A stretch of DNA of 64,000 bases, from contig BPDA01000002.1 in NCBI GenBank assembly GCA_019654055.1, forward strand, positions 5,911 to 69,910, read 5' to 3'. The stretch comes from Methanobacteriota archaeon. GTDB taxonomy: Archaea > Thermoplasmatota > Poseidoniia > Poseidoniales > Thalassarchaeaceae. Each line of letters opens with the position of its first letter. Position 1 is the stretch's first letter. Positions 60,561 to 64,000 of this stretch are shown one piece after another. A program made the position numbers and the translations under genes. The notes beneath the pieces were generated by a model that saw only the letters and a list, made by a program, of their open reading frames with translations, was not told where the DNA came from and did no database searches.

Positions 60561-60923
60561 GTCTCCCCCGAACTTACGTCCCCGGCCCCTCTGTTCGTTT
60601 CCTCGTCTACTGCCTGAGCGACTATCTCTTCCCCGTCTGAATTTACTCTCACCCGATCTCCTATCCTGTCGACCTCGATTGACCCTCCCGCGAGGAGCAA
60701 TCTCAACGGGTGAACCTATTGCGCTTACCGCATCTATGCTCTCGTTCAGAGGATGCACGTGGACGAGCGGCCCCTCAATCGGCCCCAACACAGTCTCCAC
60801 TCTCCCAAGCGTCTTCCCACCGGTGATCCGGATACCGGCCCCCAGCTTCGGTGCGCGACCTTCGAAGGAGATTAGGAGACCGCCTTCGTGCGACTCGCTG
60901 GACACTGTGCCAGAGAAGCTCAT
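60297..60923 (-). CDS. gar1: H/ACA RNP protein Gar1 core plus RG-rich region plus first RanBP2-type zinc finger
   Basis: The Gar1-like core is GGLLISFEGRAPKLGAGIRITGGKTLGRVETVLGPIEGPLVHVHPL. Then come RGRQDRRSGESKFRRGRDSRSGSRRG...RGRGRKFGGDR and then KPGDWRCPKCKNHNYANKKVCNRTGC. Confidence 0.65.
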   Translation of the reverse strand: MSFSGTVSSESHEGGLLISFEGRAPKLGAGIRITGGKTLGRVETVLGPIEGPLVHVHPLNESIDAVSAIGSPVEIAPRGRVNRGRQDRRSGESKFRRGRDSRSGSRRGNEQRGRGRKFGGDRDSSMKPGDWRCPKCKNHNYANKKVCNRTGCEEPKPRGGGGGRNSRGHRSSNSGGFRDSNIKAWGLAFAQMQKPQLCKQKSLQSNWL

Positions 60924-60926
60924 GGC

Positions 60927-62264
60927 TCAGCCGCGACGCCTACCATACATGAGGGCTACGACTGCGGCTGCCACCACCGAAGGGAGGCCGGCTGCAGGAA
61001 GCAGACCGCCATCATCCCCCTCTTCTTGAGGAGGCGCTACCACCGGCTCGGGCTCTTCGAAGAGGTGCGAGTTGTTCACACTCTGTGAGACCTCCGAGCA
61101 CTTCCCCGAGGAATCGCAGCCTTGGACTGAGACGATGTGCCCCCCTTCGCTCCAGAGCTCGAAGTTGATGCTAGGGGTCGACCACGTGTTCCCCGTCGAG
61201 CTCACCGAACCTGTCCGCGAGCCGTCTATGAACATCTCGAATTCGACTGACTCCCCGTCTGGGTCGCTGTACTGCCCCTGCATCGACCACTGTGACCCAT
61301 CCCATTCGGTATCGGTTATCGTCATCAATGGAGGTGAGGACTCCTTGACCAGGTCGATGTCATAGATGTGCTCCATCGGGTAAACATTCGAGTTTCCCGC
61401 AACTCTGACCCAGACGTCGACCTCGCCGGGCACGGTGTTCGATGCCGGTAGTTCCACCACCGCTTCGCCGGTGAAGGTGACTGTGACGGAGGGAGATGAC
61501 TGACCATCCTGATTCAGGCCGAGTTCGAGTTCTAACTCAGGCCACTCGGACGTGGGGGATATGGATATTGGATGCGGGTCGGAGAGAGTCGTCTCGGACG
61601 AGCTGATGGAGAACGGGACGCCGAGATTCCAGGTCCTCTCACCGGAGCTCTGCCCAGCAGGGTCGACTGCCTCGCAGGACACCTCTCCGGGGGCTCCTCT
61701 GGGAATCTCGGCCCACCACGATCGATCCGCCCCCTCAGTCAACTCTAGCGACGGGGCTCCGGTACAACTGATGTCTAGTTGGGAGACTCCGCCCTCGTCC
61801 GAGAACCATGAGGAAACCTCATCCCAATCCGCCCAGATGTGCTCGCCCCCACTCGGAGATGGGAACCAAGCACCGTCGATTGGGGCGCCATCAGTCCAGA
61901 CCGGGGGGTCATCGACGGGAATGGGCTGGGTGGTGAAATCCGCGAACAGGTCCTCCCCCAGTGGCCAATCCGCGAAATCCGCATCGGGCATCACGGTGAA
62001 CCTCAGGCTACCGTCGGAATTGACCTCGAGCGTGTGCGTAGAAGATCCATCCCCTAAGCAGGTCCCGCGAATCGGAGCAGGAATCGACGACTCCTCCTCG
62101 AAGCTCACGTCCCTGCCCTCGCACTCCTCCCACATATCCAGACGCAGGTCCTGAGTCACAGGGAAGTTGAACTCCAGACTCGCTCTAGTCATGTTCGAGG
62201 CGTTGAGGACGAGCGTGAACTGATTGCCGTCAACCACACCTGGAATTGTCATCGTCGAATTCAA
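60927..62264 (-). CDS. Secreted acidic protein with a C-terminal TM anchor, fragment 2
   Basis: It ends GGLLPAAGLPSVVAAAVVALMYGRRRG. It has no signal peptide of its own. Its frame is continuous upstream to the G7 run at 62407-62413. Confidence 0.5.
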   Translation of the reverse strand: MNSTMTIPGVVDGNQFTLVLNASNMTRASLEFNFPVTQDLRLDMWEECEGRDVSFEEESSIPAPIRGTCLGDGSSTHTLEVNSDGSLRFTVMPDADFADWPLGEDLFADFTTQPIPVDDPPVWTDGAPIDGAWFPSPSGGEHIWADWDEVSSWFSDEGGVSQLDISCTGAPSLELTEGADRSWWAEIPRGAPGEVSCEAVDPAGQSSGERTWNLGVPFSISSSETTLSDPHPISISPTSEWPELELELGLNQDGQSSPSVTVTFTGEAVVELPASNTVPGEVDVWVRVAGNSNVYPMEHIYDIDLVKESSPPLMTITDTEWDGSQWSMQGQYSDPDGESVEFEMFIDGSRTGSVSSTGNTWSTPSINFELWSEGGHIVSVQGCDSSGKCSEVSQSVNNSHLFEEPEPVVAPPQEEGDDGGLLPAAGLPSVVAAAVVALMYGRRRG

Positions 62265-62334
62265 CCAGAGTTGGACGCGGCACTCGTCGACGCCGTCAGA
62301 GGCAGGAATCGCTGTGTCGCAGTCCCGATTCTCG

Positions 62335-62955
62335 TCAGGTACGACGGGAACCTCTTCGCAGTCGTTTCCGAAGGCGGATGTGCAGTCCTTGATTTGCGAA
62401 TGTCCTGGGGGGGATGATGTTGAACTCCTCTATCTCGACTCCGTCCTCCTCCCAGCTGGTGTTCTTCCAACTGACACCCTCGCCGCCTCTGTGGTAGTCC
62501 CCGTCCCTAATTCCTATCCGAGTCAGAGTGTGCTCGATGCACTCGCTGGCCAGCGCTCTGAAGAGCTCGCGCTCATCAGTCGACAGCCAGCCGTCACCTC
62601 CGTCGTTCGGGTCGATCTCGGCCATGAACTCGTCCATGGTCACCCTGATGTCGTCGGCGAGAGTCGCGTTAATCCAAGCCACAGCACGGACATCGGCGGT
62701 CTGCCAGTCTGGACTGATGTCGAAAACGAACTCCGCCTTGGTGTATTCGAACATGTCTTCGAAGGTGATTGAGCCGCACTGGTCCTCCAGCGAACCGCCG
62801 CCTCCAAATTGCTCCATACGCAGCGGATCATCCTCGAGATATTCCTCACGCCATCCCTCGCTAGGAGATACCAGACTCGCCGTCAGCAGTAAGACGAGGG
62901 CGATGGAAGCGGTGGTCTGAACCCTCGTCATGGAAATTCTAGCGCAAGCGAGCAT
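62335..62955 (-). CDS. Same secreted protein, fragment 1 (signal peptide and N-terminal domain)
   Basis: The likely start is MTRVQTTASIALVLLLTASLVSPSEG at 62931. It joins fragment 2 as EEFNIIPP|GHSQIKDCTSAFGNDCEE. Confidence 0.5.
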   Translation of the reverse strand: MLACARISMTRVQTTASIALVLLLTASLVSPSEGWREEYLEDDPLRMEQFGGGGSLEDQCGSITFEDMFEYTKAEFVFDISPDWQTADVRAVAWINATLADDIRVTMDEFMAEIDPNDGGDGWLSTDERELFRALASECIEHTLTRIGIRDGDYHRGGEGVSWKNTSWEEDGVEIEEFNIIPPRTFANQGLHIRLRKRLRRGSRRT

Positions 62956-62984
62956 GATGATTCTATCGCCCTCATGAGAAGGAG

Positions 62985-63000
62985 TTTAGGGCAACCTAAA
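62985..63000. promoter_or_regulatory. Palindromic operator candidate 1: TTTAGG-GCAA-CCTAAA
   Basis: It is a perfect 6-4-6 inverted repeat in an AT-rich divergent intergenic region, upstream of a TATA-like tatat at 63016-63020. Confidence 0.45.
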
Positions 63001-63028
63001 ATTGATAACTGAAACTATATTCGGTAAA

Positions 63029-63044
63029 TTTAGGGTGACCTAAA
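63029..63044. promoter_or_regulatory. Palindromic operator candidate 2: TTTAGG-GTGA-CCTAAA
   Basis: It has the same half-sites as candidate 1. Its last base is the A of the transferrin-like gene ATG at 63044. Confidence 0.45.
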
Positions 63045-64000
63045 TGATAAGACAGAGAGTAATTGCCGGGATAGTATTTGGATTATTGATTTGCACAACA
63101 TTGAGCGGATGCCTAGGGCCCGAGGAAGAGAAAATCAAAATCGCATTCAAGACTCAGGATGACTACGACAATCCCGACGCCAACCCGCAGAGACTAGCCG
63201 ATTTCATCGCAGAGCAGACGGGTATGGAAGTAGAGCTGTATCCAATTTCCAGTGATCTGGCTGCTATTGAGGCCCTCAGATTCGGTCACGCCGATGTCGC
63301 CATCCTCGATGGGGGTTCTGCTTGGCTGGCTTGGCAGCAACACGGCTTCGAGGCAATTCTAGCTGACCAAAAGTCCGACGGCTCGAACTACTACATAGCC
63401 TCTGCCTGGGTGCTCAACAGCAGCGACATACAGTCATTGGAGGATCTGGAGGGTAGGGACTCGTGCCATACAGGTTGGCTCAAGTCAGCCGGGATGCTGA
63501 TGCCGATGGGATACATGATTGGGCAGGGCTTGGTCGAGGTCTCGGGAGATGAAGAGAACATCGACAGCCTGAGGACTACAATCGAGAACCACTTCGGCAA
63601 CGCTTCGATTCCCGGCAGCGGGGATGTCTACTACGGATACGGAGGGGCATTCCGATGCATGACCGAGGGCTTCGGTGATGTCGCATTTGTCAAGACCACA
63701 TCCTATGGGGACCACTGCGAGGGCAACGACTGGTGCTTGGACCGCTCTGAGTATCGAATGCTGGAACCGGCCTTCGGACGGGTCCCGAGCCATTCCGTGA
63801 TGGTCAACGCGGATGCCTACGGTGATTCAAAGACAGAGTCGATTACCATGGCCTTCCTAGCCCTAAACCTCGATTCTGAAGGCAAGTCCATCCTCGAATC
63901 GGTAATGGGCACGTCTGGGATTTCCGAAGTCGATACGAGTAGCCATCTCGGGTCATACAGCGCTGCCATCGGCAGCATCCCCGGCATAGCCGCCTACTTC
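63044..64000 (+). CDS. Transferrin-family (transferrin-lobe-like) iron-binding lipoprotein, 3' end outside the window
   Basis: This ORF is not in the ORF track because it has no stop in the window. My translation gives 319 codons with no stop. The lipobox is MIRQRVIAGIVFGLLICTTLSGC. Transferrin blocks are ADVAILDGG, NYYIASAWV, SCHTGWLKSAGMLMPMGY, YYGYGGAFRCMTEGFGDVAFVKTT and GRVPSHSVMV. Confidence 0.8.
   Translation, partial: MIRQRVIAGIVFGLLICTTLSGCLGPEEEKIKIAFKTQDDYDNPDANPQRLADFIAEQTGMEVELYPISSDLAAIEALRFGHADVAILDGGSAWLAWQQHGFEAILADQKSDGSNYYIASAWVLNSSDIQSLEDLEGRDSCHTGWLKSAGMLMPMGYMIGQGLVEVSGDEENIDSLRTTIENHFGNASIPGSGDVYYGYGGAFRCMTEGFGDVAFVKTTSYGDHCEGNDWCLDRSEYRMLEPAFGRVPSHSVMVNADAYGDSKTESITMAFLALNLDSEGKSILESVMGTSGISEVDTSSHLGSYSAAIGSIPGIAAYF

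Noticed and set aside
62954-63013. A possible C/D box sRNA (ATGATGA at 62954-62960 and CTGA at 63010-63013)
   Set aside because: There are no convincing internal D' and C' boxes and no terminal stem. The ATGATGA overlaps the upstream extension of the secreted-protein ORF. It is likely coincidence in an AT-rich spacer.
62985-63044. Calling the palindromes canonical DtxR/IdeR iron boxes
   Set aside because: Only the TTAGG/CCTAA ends match. The spacing is 4 nt rather than the roughly 9 nt of the 19-bp DtxR consensus. The regulator family therefore remains open.

Overview
This is a high-GC (about 58-60%), tightly packed archaeal chromosomal segment. It holds about 55 genes and 2 tRNAs. I saw no rRNA, CRISPR array, transposase, integrase or prophage.

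Gene content: Archaeal information-processing genes are present: RadA, RNA polymerase subunit K/Rpo6, Hel308, Cgi121, Gar1, an NFACT/Rqc2 homolog, and an initiator-type tRNA-Met with an A1:U72 pair. They sit among aerobic-heterotroph metabolism genes: aconitase, 2-oxoacid:ferredoxin oxidoreductase korAB, heme O/A synthases ctaB/ctaA, thiolase, tryptophan 2,3-dioxygenase, S-adenosylhomocysteinase and several peptidases. There are also many very large, acidic, secreted or C-terminally anchored surface proteins: PKD-like repeats, a double dockerin, a beta-propeller lipoprotein, a kexin-like S8 protease with TSP3 repeats, and a roughly 2150-aa FG-GAP giant. This mix resembles planktonic Marine Group II (Poseidoniales)-like Euryarchaeota, but that taxon assignment is inference only.

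Frameshifts: About 20 single-base frameshifts, almost all at homopolymer runs, split at least 15 genes, housekeeping genes included. I read these as sequence-quality indels rather than pseudogenes. Evenly split genes are listed as fragments and the rest as merged features.

Most interesting observations:
1. A Gar1 gene is extended by Gly/Arg-rich domains and three RanBP2-type zinc fingers, encoded by a near-identical 168-bp tandem repeat.
2. A lipoprotein homologous to a eukaryote-type transferrin lobe keeps all four iron ligands. Twin TTTAGG-N4-CCTAAA palindromes bracket its TATA box.
3. A two-dockerin protein sits in a cluster of giant surface proteins.
4. A retropepsin-like / DUF3592-like / RG-tail membrane protein lies in a low-GC island.
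5. A CDP-alcohol phosphatidyltransferase carries the phosphatidylcholine-synthase-type motif.
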